In this document: piece by piece, positions 37,262 to 50,735 of the stretch
Position numbering within the stretch: the first letter of the stretch is position 1
How the letters are laid out: every line of letters starts with the position of its first letter
Assembly: GCF_022539665.2 (NCBI RefSeq)
Contig: NC_081332.1
Location: 4,774,001 to 4,838,000, forward strand
DNA length: 64,000 nucleotides
Direction of reading: 5' to 3'
DNA from: Daphnia carinata
Lineage: Eukaryota
Position numbers and translations under genes: made by a program
The notes under the pieces: model-generated
What the model was told of the DNA's origin: nothing
The model's database searches: none
What the model saw: only the letters and a program-made list of their open reading frames with translations

Positions 37262-39645
37262 CTAATCACTATCATCATCTTTGGAAGTCAAGTTAATTGT
37301 GAGAGGCTTCCGTCCGTCGTCATCTGAACCGTAAACGACATCTTCGTCGCTATCGTTGACCATGGAAAAGGCCGGGTTGTCTTTCATGACACTGTGCTCT
37401 GTTAGATGAACAAATAGTATAATGATACTAAGAACAAAGGCTCGCTAATTAATCTATTGTACCTAAAACTGCGTTGCTTGTCGGAGAATAGACGTAGGCC
37501 ATGGTGTAGATGTAAAAGTTAAGCAGACCATACAGAGCCACTTGAATTTAAAAGTATTGCCGATTAACACGATATGAAGCATAACTTAAAATCGGCATAT
37601 ATTACGGAATTCGCTAGAGTTGTGGTAGTTGGTACTGAGTTGGGCTATAAAATTATCCTGAAGAACACCGATACCGTAACGGAAAAACGTCACTGAGATA
37701 CTGATGCCCAGGACGAAGAGTACCAGCAGTGTCAAAAATTTCAATCGCATATCTGTCAGAGATGTGGTAATAAGAGAAGCATATTACAAAAAGTTATTCA
37801 AACGATATAATTACCAAAGAAAGGCATCGATCGAAGTTCACTATATGCTTTGATCATAAGTAGAACCAAATAGGCCAAGTAAACAGCAGAAGCTATAATG
37901 AGGAACATTTTAAATCCCTATCAGGTATAAAAAGAAATTACATAGAGGCTTAATTATTGTGAAAATAGCCACAGATTACGTAAAAATGATCCGTGTCTAG
38001 TTTGTAACTGAATGTTGGGTCGTTAACTTCTTCAATATCTTGCCATACGGCGACTATGATCATTGAAAGCCAGATGGAGCCGACTAATAGGACTTTGGGG
38101 AGGTAGAAGATGATAAAACGCCGATCGTTTTGTCGAAGACCGTGGTATACACATAGCCAAAATAGGAGCAGTGCACCGAGAAAACTAATTTGGAATATGG
38201 CGTCAAGTGCTCCGGGAAACCAAGAGTCGATTAAGAAACTCATCGCAAAAACTGGATCTATGCGTAACACAGGTGATCGTTAATAATAAGATAAAAGCTT
38301 CAAATTTGTATACTCAGAATTAAGCCTAAATTTGTATACCATTGTAGAGGATGAGCAATGGCATTAAAACTGACATCCATTTTTGTTCGAGGGACCAGTT
38401 GACAACGGAATATTTCTTCATGGAAACAAAAAACCAGCACTGAAAGTGAAAAAACCAACATATTATAATAACGTTGTCCCTTAAGCTCTATCAAAATTCC
38501 ACGTACTGTAGCAATGAAAGTACTTAATAAGAAGACGAACCGAAACCAAATTTCTAAACGTGTGAATGCCGGGTTGTAGCTACGAAACTGTTAAAAAAAA
38601 ACCGGAAAAAATAAGAATTTAAATAAATAAGACAGCCGCTAACCTCTCGAAGACTTACGTAAAATATAACATCTCTGATGACGTATCGGTTATGGATACT
38701 CTCCAATCCATAAAAACGTATCGTCAAGGCATAATGAGAGTAGTCGAAATAGCCCATATGAAGAATGAGGATTTCGCTACAGTTCCGTCGTTCACATTGT
38801 AAATCTCTTGTCCTAATTCAAAGTTAGAGGGAAAAAGTTTATGAGTAATTGGCAACCCAAACATTTTTACGGCTCGCAATAAACCTACCGATTGTGCGTG
38901 TGATCGCTAGGAACTATTTTGCTGACTTGGTCGTTTTCCTTAAGTCCATCCATTGCAATGCTGACGTGAAATTTCTTTTCAAAGCTTTCATCTTATTAGT
39001 CACCCAGAGAAAAAAAATTACGTCTAGTTTATAAAAAAATTAATTCATGTTACGAAGATGAAAAAAGGTTACCGTCTTTATTTTCCGTCACGATTTGAGC
39101 AATCAACCAAAACTGTTGATGGTAGGATGTTAGTAAAGGGGTAGCTAGATAATACGGCCCAGTGGCCATATCGCTTCCGTTGGGGTGACCGCTGATCTGG
39201 GAAATACTTTGGTGGGTGGTGGAAGTGATGGGAGGACCTATTTAAAAAAAACGACAGCAATAAGAGGAACACATTGACTTTTAACACTTCTTCATGTAAT
39301 TTAAAAAATTCCATACCTGCCAGACCGACGAAAACACACATGCCAAAACAAGCGAAAAAAGCCAAGAAAACTAAACCAAATTCACGTTTGTGCATCGAAT
39401 ACAATCGCATTTGAACGGACCTGCAATTTTGAAATAAATCGATGAGGAAGCATCTTCAAGAAGAATTAAGTAAACAAAATTTGTCTGGAGGTCTATTACC
39501 GTTCACATCGATCATGGTGATAAGCTGGGGCGATGAATCGGCTAAAGTCACTGCAAAGATCACAGAATTGTGACATTTGATTACGAGCTTTGCCAAAAGA
39601 TCCCCAAACTGAAAAACTCAAATCCGGATGTGATTCCATTTGCAT
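37262..39645 (-). CDS. TMEM181: Transmembrane protein 181, multi-exon
   Basis: FIAPAYHHDRCERSVQMRLYSMHKREF, LLLFWLCVYHGLRQNDR, FYLPK, YTMAYVYSP, KDNPAFSMVNDSDEDVVYGSD. Confidence 0.9.
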
Positions 39646-40127
39646 CCTTTACTTCAAAACACAAATACTAAGGCCTTTCTGCTGGGACAGTATAACACGA
39701 GCGGTTAGCGACACAGTTTAGAGAGTCCATCCCGCCAACTACACTCTTGGCGTACTAGGGGAAAGAGTAGTATTGATTTTGCTGTCGGTACGCGTGCGCA
39801 ACGGTTGACGCCCGCGCAACCTTGTTCTCAAATCATTCACATTTTCTTCGGCATCTCACACGGCACCAATGTGGAGATGACTGTAAACAAATTGAAAATT
39901 TAACGTTAAGTTGACATACCTTTGAATTTGAAATGGATTAACCGCTTCATGGTTCCAGGAAAAAAATTAACTTAAAGCTGTTTGTTGAAATGTCATCGAC
40001 AAAAAGCTTACAAGGTTATTTTATTATGTCAATATTTGTACACGCGGGGCGGAAGGTCGAGAAGCATTTCCTTAATACGATTTGCCAACAACTTCCCCAA
40101 TCAAGATATTCGGTCAGAAGACGGGCT

Positions 40128-43100
40128 TTATTTCATGGCCATTTTTTTCATGGCCAAGTTTTTAAGCTTGGGTTTGACTCCCTTTAGACGAGCAATTTTG
40201 ACTTTTTTGGCTACCCTCTTAGCGAAATGCTTTTTAATGCGTAATTGGGCCGCCTTCTCCGGACGCGTGACGCTATCCGCTTTGCGTATAGCCTGTCTGT
40301 CACGTCGACGTACAGCCAAAATTCTGTTAGCGGCCACCACGGCTTCACTGTAGACTTCGGTACCAACCAACCCTAAAATTTTAAATCAAATTCAAAGATC
40401 GGTAAACACATGATAGTATATCGGTAAACCAAGAAAATATACCTTTGATAAGTTCTGAAACTTCTTGAGCTAGATCCTTAACCTCTTTCGGAGACCCGTC
40501 ATCGTTAATATCACGCGTTAAAGGCGAAACAAAAAATTTCAGGACATTTGCAAGACCTTCTTTTCCAGCAACTTGATTCAAGTCGACAGCAACAGCTGCC
40601 ATCCACTTGAATACAGCAAGACGCTAAAACAAATAACTAGTTCAGAACAGGGTTCTTAAAAATTGATGACAACAAAAATGTTACCTTTGTGGGAGTTGTG
40701 GGATGAAGTACTACTTCGGCATTGATTTCTCTTCTCAATTTGCCCGTCAACCATGGAAGCGAAGGTGCCTTGATTTTTGTGTCCTCTTCAGCATCATCAG
40801 CTGGAATCCGATTTGCGACTTTGCCAATAAAAACCAAGTTCTTGATGACTTGATCAGCCAACTGATTGTCCAACAAATCGGATTGAAGTTGGGTTACCAA
40901 ATCCCTCGCAAGCGAACGAAGTCGTTTGGATATTTCGCCACATAACAAATAACTACGAGTCACTTTTTCCGTGGATGATGTAATGTAGGTCGTAATGTAG
41001 GTCGCTAGCTCATCAGGCTTGTGCCATCCCAATAAAGTTCCTACAAGTCGCGAGCTTAGAGTGCGAATCCAAAGATGTGGGTGTACCAGGTGATGGATAA
41101 TCTTTCCCCACATTTGCTCGGCTACGTCAATGTTTTCTTCACTTTGCAAGCCAGTAGCGCAGTGTTGCGTCATTTTGATTATGGTATAAAATGTCTGTAT
41201 AAGCAATAAATCCGCCTCACGGTCCTCTCTACCGTCCGAATCGCTGTGTGTTTGGTCCAATAACTTAACTATATCCGGCAGGACTTCCTTCAATCGGAAT
41301 TCAAAAGTAGATTTTTCAGCTGCTACGAAAATTCCGCAAAGCTGAACAGCCAAGCGTTTGTGCGAGGCATTGTTTCCCCTTAGCCAAGTAAGGCACATCT
41401 GTTGTAAACAAAATATAATTAATATAGAAATGCAACAATATAAAAAACAACGAATAAAGATAAGTTAATACTTCAAAAAGTGTCGTGGCTGTTGGTGTGT
41501 TGAGCCTCTCAATCAGAATTCGAATCGCAGCAGCCATAGCTTTCACACAACTAGTTGATGTTTCATTGATCAAGTATGGGCTCATTGTCACCAAAAATAA
41601 GGTACTCTGCTGGCTGAGGAAATTTTTCGGAAAGGTATTGAAAAGGGAGACAAGAAACTCGATGGCAGACAGTCTCCCGGATTCTTTCTCGTAGTCCAGT
41701 TGCTTCAGGAAAAACTGCACATAGCGTAACAATTTTTTGCCCAAAGGATAGTCCACCATGTACTGCAAAACAACCTGTAAAACAAAACACACAATAATAA
41801 TATAAACTATAAGAACATGGTGTGGTCAAATACTAGTGACAAGTCAAACCGAAGGCGAGTTTGACCCAGAAATGAGACTGTAATTTGCCATTTTAATATA
41901 CCACTCTTGCCAGCAACTAAGCTTCTTAGCGAGCGTAATCGCCTGAATTCGTGGAACACTCAGGAATGAAACAATTATATAAGACACTTACTTTACGACT
42001 TTGTACACGAACAGGAACGGCTTCTGCTTTAATGCTGAGCTCGGCAACTCGCATCATCACATCGGGCAGTTCGTCTAGCGTTAGTTTTCTCTTCACTATA
42101 GCCTTCAAAACACCGAACGCAATTGACTGTTGTTTTGGATCGAACAACGCCTGTTCGGAATACACTAGCAAGACCCGCAGCTGCTCTGTATCTATAGCGT
42201 GGTTTGTCACATGGCGGACCAATATGGAGATGGCCTAATTGAAACATGTTCCATTAAAATCAATTAATGATTGCTCGATTAAGAGAAGGATACCGCTAAT
42301 TGTTAAAATAGATTTGTACTAGATCAAATCAACATCCAATTTGATCCAGATATTACAATGCTATTTTGATTTTATTTACCACTCTTGCCAGCGATTAAGC
42401 TTCTTAGCGAGCGTAATCGCCTGAATTCGTGGAATGTCAATTTTAATATGGTTACAGGTAATGAGACAACATACCTTGAAAGCAGTTTGCACCATTTCCA
42501 AATTTTCTCCGGCAGTACTACCAGAGTACTTGTGTAGAAGGGCGAAAACTGCTGTAGATATCTTGGATGCGTACTCCGTTATGCTGGGGAGCGGGACCCG
42601 AAGTAACGTGCAAATACATCTCAACGACAACGCTACCAACTATTTTTCAAATAAAACCCTTAGTTAGGAATCTGACTACGTTTTGCTTTAAGTTTTACCT
42701 TGGAATGAGGATCGGTTAAGTTGTTATAAATTATTGGCAAAATAGGATCTAGCATCGGAATCACACTCGTGCTTGCATTTTCGTGGCATTTTTCACGTTT
42801 TAAAATAAGGCTGAAGATGAGCAGACCGAATTCTACCACTATGTGGCTATTGATGATATAGGCCGATTTGGAAGCTCCAGTAACGGATGGTAAAGCCGCG
42901 GCAGCCACCTTTCTCTTAGGAGCAGGTGCCAGTATTAAAGAGTCCGTTCTCATGGGCCGGCCAGAAGCAGTCACATTTGGATCCTCTTGGACACGGGGTG
43001 CCGGTAATCGCAATTCGGGTATAGATAAAGATATCACACCGTGAACGAAAATTAACAACGGCGCGATTGACAGGCCAGAATTAGCAGCGAGTCCTAATGC

Positions 43101-46100
43101 GACATTGTGCAGACATTCCTCAACTTTTCGAGTCATTTTGAAGGATTTTGTCGAAGCTAAGATCTAGAAAAGACATGTTATTAATATGCTTGTCTAGAAA
43201 AAGTCGGACACTGCCTTACCTCTTTGAAAGGCACTACCAGTCGGAGAAGATACGACTGAGAAACATGTTTTGCAATGATCTGCAGCGTATTGAAAGCTTT
43301 TATTCCTTTGGCTTCTTTCAATTTGTTAACGATCTTTTCAACTTCTTTTTCATCTGCAGTGTCCCCGTAGAGTTCTTTTTTACAGAGCTGCAAACAGCAA
43401 AATAAAGTTAATATTTTGTTCATTACTTAGGACAAAAGTTGGACTTTAAATTGTTGATAAAATACCTCAACAAGCGGATAAACAACGCCATCAAGTGACC
43501 CATGTTTCAATTGACCTATTTCGCCCAACTTGGCCAATAGCGCATGCATAGTGAAGATGTAAACATGGACTTGATAACCCCGTTGAAGAAGAGGATTCGC
43601 GGCTTCCATAAGCGCACCCAGGTGTTCGGGACCAAGAGAAATTACCATCTCAATCAACGTATTACGAGCAGTTTCACGTACGCTGTTACAGCGCGACTTC
43701 AAGAAAGTGCAAACTTTCGAAAACATTCTATCAAAAGACAAAACTTATATAAGTATTTTTATGAACATCAACATTTAACAATGGCTAATATCATTTGTTA
43801 CCCTGGTAAACTACGCTCCAAGGTTCCTGGTGGAAGATTCTTCAGAAGATTAACGAGGGCCAATGCAATGGGAACACGCAAGATTTCGTCATCTTCCGGG
43901 TAATGATCCTTTACTGCTTTGTGCTGCTTGTCTCGATTGGTGCGTGCCGTGAGAATGGCATTAAGTTCAGGAAGCAGTTGCTGTGCAATCACCGAATGAA
44001 TTTTGGTTGCCATAGTGCCATCAAGTAAAGGTATTTCCTCTTCTTCAGGTGCCATTTCCGGAAGTTCAGAGCTAGGTTCTTGTTGATCAATGACTTCAGC
44101 ATCAATGGTAGGCGTGCCATCTTCAACAGGAGCGGCAACGGATGACTCTTCCAAGGTTTCTTCTGTGTCTGCGACAATAGGCACATCTGCTTTCGTTTCA
44201 GCTGTTTTAGCAGCTATTGCTTTTGCAGCATAGTAGGATTTAAACTTCGAATGTTTCAAATCAAAGTGAAATGCGTTCAAAATAGCAACTACGGCTTTGA
44301 CAGCCTGTTTCTGGTATTCAATTTGGCGCGTCATGTTGGACAAATAGAAGCGAAGAAGTTTCTCGTAATTGTGCCAAGAAAGGCAACGAGCAATGGCCTG
44401 TAGACTTTCAAGTGCAGCATCTATCAAGTGGTTATGTTTGGCATATTCTTCGTTAAACAGATAACAAGTTGCCAACGGTAAAAGATATTGAGTGATTGTT
44501 TCGCCATTGATGGAAGTCTTATCTGCTTTTAGAACACCGGTTAACCTGGAAGGGAAGGAAGAGGGAAGTTGAAGATGTTTAAAAAGGAATAGCTTATTTT
44601 TATTTACTAGGAACATTTTTTAAATTTATACCTGAGTAAAGCACGTGAGCGTCGATGCGTTTGTAAGTGCCGACAGTTTTCGAAGAAATCTACTTCAACA
44701 TCTCCCTCTTTTCTAAGTTTCCGTAGGCTATTGAGGGACGCATTCATTGCGCTGCAATTGGACACGGCCTTACTAAGGATTGAGATTCCCTCGTGCCTCA
44801 CAGTTTCAATGGAAGAGCGGACCAGTAATCGTAATTGCGGGATAAAATGTTCATTCAGCATAATTTTTCCATACTTCAAACGGCTGAAGGTAGCTGTCAT
44901 AATTTGGAGAGTCAATGAAGCATTGTCTCTTAAAGAAGAATCATTTTCCTGTAAAAAGAGATGGAATTGTAAGTGAGATGCTTAAAATAAAAAGAAATAT
45001 ATAACATAAAAATTGAATTGTTTGCAACGTAACAATATTGTAATTCCAAAAACTTGGATACATTGATTATGAAACGATGCAATTAATATACCACTAATGC
45101 CAGCGATCACACTGCGGAACGAGTAGTAACTGCCTGAATTTCGTGGTGCCCAAAATATTGGTTAAAAGTAGACCACTTACCGTTCTCACGAAGTTGAACG
45201 AATTATACAATGCCAGGGCGGTCCACTCGAAAGAGGGAGTACCAGACTCTAGCGTAATGTTGATTTCTTTATGAGTGTGCAGACGATGGGTGTAGTCGGG
45301 TTCTTCGAGACGTTGAGGGTCCCACTTGTTCATCGAGGACACCAGTTGGCCGAGAGGCCCTTGAGAAGGATCTCGTTCACAAATCACTTCCAAAACTCTA
45401 CACAAACCCTGCCGAACATTTCTTCCTTCGATGGTACCAAAAAGCGTAGCTAATGGGCTGTAAAAAAAAAATTTATGTAAACGCAAATGATAATTAAGTA
45501 ATAAGTAAAAGTTTGCCTTACCTAATGAATTCATGTGGGTTGACGGCATTTTGTACTAAATTAGCCAAAGTGCTGAGGTAATGTATAAGTTTTTCTTCGA
45601 GGTTTGCACTTTTGCGGTTGCGAAACACGGCCACTTTGATCGCTGGAATAATCATGCGAGCCAGTTCAGTGCTCAACTGAGCTTCTTTGACGTATTCGGA
45701 TACACGCATCAGGACATTCAAGTCTCTTCCATTCAATCCTTGCGTGATAAACTTGCGTAAATATGTGAGAACAGATGACAAGTGCGGGATAAGAAGTGTC
45801 GACCCATAATTGACTCTGCTTTCACTTCCAACATCATCTACCAGCATCGCATCCTTCGACCAATCCCACTCGACCGAAAAGTTTGGCTTTATATAGATAG
45901 GCTCTTCTTTTTCTTCGTCGTCTTCTTCACCAACCGTGCCATAATCTGCTGTTGTGACCAATTTGTCGACAATGTCCATAACAAACGAGCAAACGGAAGT
46001 CACTGCCTTTCCACTGGCAAGTAAAGCCAGCAACGGTTGCAACACGGAAAGCTCTGGGCGATCCGGGTGAGCTTTGCCAAACAGGACAAAGAACCTGGTC

Positions 46101-49100
46101 AACACAAGGGTAATTTTAAAATGCAATAGATAAATAAATAGACAAACAAATAAGAAAATTAATAAATCAAGAAAGAAATACTAACCTCGAATTTTCAGAC
46201 CAAACTTGAAATAAACGAAGCATCGGAGTAGTACCGGAATAAGCTTGATCGGATAACATTTCAAGTTGAGGCCAAATATAGACGTGAAAGACTGCTTCAA
46301 TTTCTTCTGGTGTCCAAGGATAACGCTCGAACTTTTTGAAGAACTGTGTGATTCGTTGCCAGCCAATTGTTCGCAAGTTCTTTAACTGGCCAATGTGCTT
46401 CGGTTCTACTTCGTTTCGTTTAGCAAGCAAACCCATAACATGGGCACTGATATTCAAGAGCATGTGTAGAAGTTTTGGCAATGTAGATTTCATAATATTT
46501 CCAAGTTTGGAGAAAATGGTACCCATAAGGACCAACGCTCCTTGGATTCTCTTGAGAGGTAGCGCAAGTTTTGGGTCAGCTTCCCGCATCATTCGCACTA
46601 CATGCTGATCGATACCTTCGGTTTTTGTAAAGTCGCTGAATAGTTGAAACGCCAAGTCAAGAAAGACATCGATTTCCGAATCGGCAAGACCAGCAATGTA
46701 GCGAAGAATGACAGCTTGTCGAAACTGGATATTATCTTTACCAGACGATCCAGACCCCGCCTTGAACATCATTTTTCCATACAGTATTCTGATAAGAATC
46801 GATGTCAAACCCGCTCGATGTTCCAGCTTGATGGATGAACTGAGAGTATCGATCGAAAAAGCTGTGATTTCAGTACGAAATGACTTGTCATCAAGCAGGC
46901 GATATAAATTTTCCTTGTAGGGCGTTAAGTACGGGTATCCATATGCCATCAGGCAATCGAGAGCTTGTTTTTGGATGTCACCGAAACGATGGGAAAGGAG
47001 ACGGAGCAAAATTTTCGTCACTTCGGGCTCACGTGTCATTTTTTGAGGTTGCTGAAAAGACGCCAAAACCGAGAGATAGGAAGACAACAGTTTCATTATG
47101 TTTCCTTTTTCTCCCTTTGTTGATTCCACCTTGACATCAGTGGTAAGGTTTTGCGTCTGTGCGATGTTTCCGTCATTGACACAATATTCAGTGTTCCAAA
47201 AATTTAGAAACAAAGGGACGATGACGTTGTGCTCTTTTTCAGTTACGCTTCCGATTCGCGAGAGTCCAGACCACGCTAAAGAACGGGTGTTGGTAAAATC
47301 AATCCGCTCGACATCGACTGTTAGTTTCAAGTATTCCATTTCTGCCGACGGATCACGAATTTCTTCTGCTTCGCATAGGCGAACGTTTTCCAAGAAAGGC
47401 AGGTATACTGACCAAAACTTGGACGATTCCATGCTGAAAGCATGTGACTCGATGAGCTTGAGGACCGGTTCCCACAATGGTCGGAAGTTGATGTAAAGTT
47501 GACTTAGCAAATATTGCAAGGGAGCTTTTGCAAAGTGCCCACCAACGGGAAGACTGTGAATTACACGTTCAGCTTCTAGATTTTGCAGATGTACTAATTT
47601 CTCTCTTTGCTCACGGACACCCGCAGGAATCAGCTCCGCATTCAGACAAATTTGGAAAATCGGTGTTGGATTCACATTTTCTGGTGGGGCCGGCATTGGC
47701 GGCGAAAAAAGCGACAATATGTGAAGAGTCAGCAATCTAACCTGTAATGTAAGTGTATGCTTTTAGAAATAAGAACTTTAATAACTGGGAAATTGTTTTC
47801 TTTTACCTCGTGATAGGGAGATCCAAGATTTTGTCCAATTACATCATAGATCTCACAGAGGACTTCCAATGAGAACGTGTTTTGATTATCTATTTCGTGA
47901 AGACTTGTCAGATAAAAATCTGCTGCACGTAGATAAAATATGCTAGTGGACATGGTATCATTGAGGAATGCCGATCGGATCATCGTCCAGGGGACATCTT
48001 TTTCTAGGTCCGACGAAAAATGTCGAACACCTAAGATGGCAAGACTCAATACCAGTCCCAGTCTTTCGGAATAATCCACTAGGCAGGTAACTTTGGCACG
48101 TTTCGTTTGTGGTTCTTCAGGATTTGCTTCCACTATATTCGCAACCTCTTTGATTATTTTCGTTAGGATTCTTGTAGCTTTCGCGGAATCCATGGGTCGG
48201 AGATTAGGCAGACAAACAAGCGCATTTATGTACGTTTGAAAATCTTCGTTCACCATTTTTTCCACTTTACTCTCTAGAATTGACTGGACGAGATCAGGAA
48301 CACTTTTGGCGTCCGATGCTTTTCTCATTGCGAAGGTGAATTCGAGGGGATAGATTTTGAAGTTGCTCATATCATATCCGCTTTTAGGAAGTGAGCCTTT
48401 AATGGAGACGAGACTTGCCAGATTTTTCAACATGAGCGAACGTGTGCCCTGATCTTTCTTGCAAAGGGCATGGCAATACGAGATGTAATGTGGGAGCACA
48501 TGGGATTCAAAAAATCCGTGAGAAGACACTTGTAGAGTAAAATCCAGGACAGTATCAGGTTTCCAGTGGTAAGTGTAGGCCAATTGACCAAGTTTCGATG
48601 TTTGTTCAATCGGCAATCTGACTTTGGCCGATTGCATGAGTGCGGCAACCGTCGCCGACACGCTTTTTTGCTCATCTCCTTCCAAGCCTTCTTCACTTAA
48701 AAGAGAGGCGAGTGTTTTTGATAGCGTAAGCGAGTCCGTGACAAGTTCACCCTCCTTGAATTCCACCCACTGTTGAAACAGAAGTAGTAATCCTAAAATT
48801 CCTGGTCTGTTTGATGACTTGATGGCTTCCTAAAACCCAAAACATAATGATAAACTATGATTTGCAGAATGCTGAAACTATTTTTGTGTTTTACCAGCAG
48901 AATGTTCCAGACTCTAGCACAATGCAACTGGGAGGTGTGCCTTGCCATCAGGATAAAGCAAAGATTTACAGCATTGAAGACTGGATCATCAGAAACATTT
49001 TCTTTAATGCAGCTGATAGATTTCAAGTAAATGGGCAGAAAAATTTCCAGTGAAGTGTGGAACTGATTCTTGACGCCCTTGACAATTTGGAACAAAAGCT

Positions 49101-49979
49101 GGCCCACTCCCTGACTGTCTCCTGCATTTTCCCTTAGCTTTCTGAAAATCAATTCCACAAAACCAGTGTGGTCTCCAACTTTCCGTCCAATAAATGCAAA
49201 GCTTTCTGTGGCAAACTGTTGAACATGATCTGGTTGTGTGGATGCCAGGAGGGGAAGAAGAAGTCCATACACATTGTCAATGTCTTTAACTAACAACCGC
49301 CACAAGTTTTTGTATAAATAAGCTAAGGTAGTAAAAGTCCATTCAGTTATATCAGGGTCTCTTGTTTGAAGAAGGCCAACTAACTTAAGGAAAAACTCTG
49401 GGAACTTTGGGTAAAAATCTGACTGCAGATCCTTTGCAACAGCAACCACCAATCTACAATTAGACAATAAACATTTAACCTACATCTTAACATGAAATTT
49501 CTTTAAATATATACTCTAGTATGGGCTCCAAAAATAGCTGATTTTCTTTGTCAATGTGCTCCAAAAGCAAGTTTATAACTTTTTCTTCATGTAGAAGCAG
49601 TTGACCCAAGCTTTGAATGTCTCTCCCAAGCCTCCTACAAAAGATGGTAAAGCCTTCTGTGCAGTTAAGGTCTGCCCATTTCTCCAATGCCTCGTAAAAG
49701 AAGGTCTCTGTCTCATCTGGAATAGCATTCCTTTTGAGGTTAATTCGGTGAATGACATCAACGTTCACAGAAGAGAGCCGCTCAGCAAAGGTTTTGAACT
49801 ATGAAAAAAAAAAACTGGTGTTACAAAATAACAATTTGCTTTTGCTCTGTGCCTAGTTGTAAATTAATGCCACACAGCATTCATCAGGTTAGAGTAATCT
49901 GTATCTTTAAATGATATAACTTTTATCTTACCTTGAAAGTATTTTCGTCCTTGTGTTTAGTTGGCTTAGTTTTCACCAT
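40128..49979 (-). CDS. UTP20: Small-subunit processome component 20 (HEAT-repeat), multi-exon
   Basis: MVKTKPTKHKDENTFK.FKTFAERL, AKDLQSDFYP, LRILYGKM, VRETARNTL...LGP, LQRGYQVHV, YPLGKKL...YEKESGRLS, and a basic C-terminus. Long exons joined by short GT-AG introns. Confidence 0.93.
41818..41956 (-). ncRNA. Intronic box H/ACA snoRNA candidate (copy A) in UTP20
   Basis: 5' hairpin CCAC...GTGG with an internal loop, H box ATATTA (41894-41899), second hairpin ggcaaat...gggtcaaac..gtttgactt...atttgacc, ACA at 41821-41823. Sense to the host gene. Confidence 0.75.
42298..42434 (-). ncRNA. Intronic box H/ACA snoRNA candidate (copy B) in UTP20
   Basis: 5' hairpin nearly identical to copy A, H box AAATAA (42372-42377), second hairpin aaaatag..ttgta..ggatcaaat/atttgatct..tacaa..ctatttt, ACA at 42301-42303. 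Confidence 0.78.
45016..45148 (-). ncRNA. Intronic box H/ACA snoRNA candidate (copy C) in UTP20
   Basis: Diverged 5' hairpin retaining CCACGAA.TTCAGGC...GCTGGCA...GTGG, H box ATATTA (45084-45089), second hairpin ttgca...tgcaa, ACA at 45019-45021. Confidence 0.7.
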
Positions 49980-50102
49980 GATGGATGGCTATTAGTTGAC
50001 AATAAGTTTAAAGCATTTATGACATTCGTTCATTAAATTGCAAGGCTTCTTATGAACCACGTGAACATATCCACTCTTCACAATGCGAACCGCGATTGAC
50101 AC

Positions 50103-50253
50103 GAGGTGCTAGCAGACGAAAGCATTAAAACAGAGGGCACCGTTGCCAATTTAGATGATAGCAGACGAAAGCATTAAAACAGAGCGCACCGTTGCCATTT
50201 AGGTGCCAGCAGACGAAAGCATTAAAAAAGAGAGCACCGTTGCCAATTTAGGT
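50103..50253. repeat. Tandem repeat, three copies of a ~49-bp unit, upstream of UTP20
   Basis: agcagacgaaagcattaaaa(c/a)agag(g/c/a)gcaccgttgcca(a)tttag is repeated three times. Confidence 0.92.
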
Positions 50254-50735
50254 TATAAAAATGGAAGATCCCGTTCTCGCTTGGTTTGTAAGCAGTCATA
50301 GCACCCTAGAGCTTTTAAGCATAAAAATTGACACTGCCATTTTAAAATACAATGAAAGTAACTCCTTTACATAAATGCTCCCACAATTATTATGCACGGT
50401 TTTAAATACATAGGAGGTAATATGTATAGATCAGGACTCTTAACGGGGAAAGTTATAGAAGTTAACTTTGTACCAAGATACGCCAACATTCTTTTTTTCT
50501 TCAAAAGTTGAACATGCTTTCCTGTAGAAAATTGATCCCTTAAACGCAAAAAAAAAACTAAGGGAGGTGGGCGGTATAGCTAGTGTTGGGTTGCAGCTTT
50601 CACTTCCGCTTGTTTCCTACAAGTTACACTGTAACATGACAGTTGATTGAAATAAACCAGAACCGACTTTTTTTTTCAACCTTTTTTACTTTTTAAAAGT
50701 ATATAACGAGTATATTACTTGAGGTAAACACATGT

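Noticed and set aside
50103..50253. CRISPR-like appearance
   Set aside because: Contiguous tandem units with no unique spacers, eukaryotic context and no cas genes.
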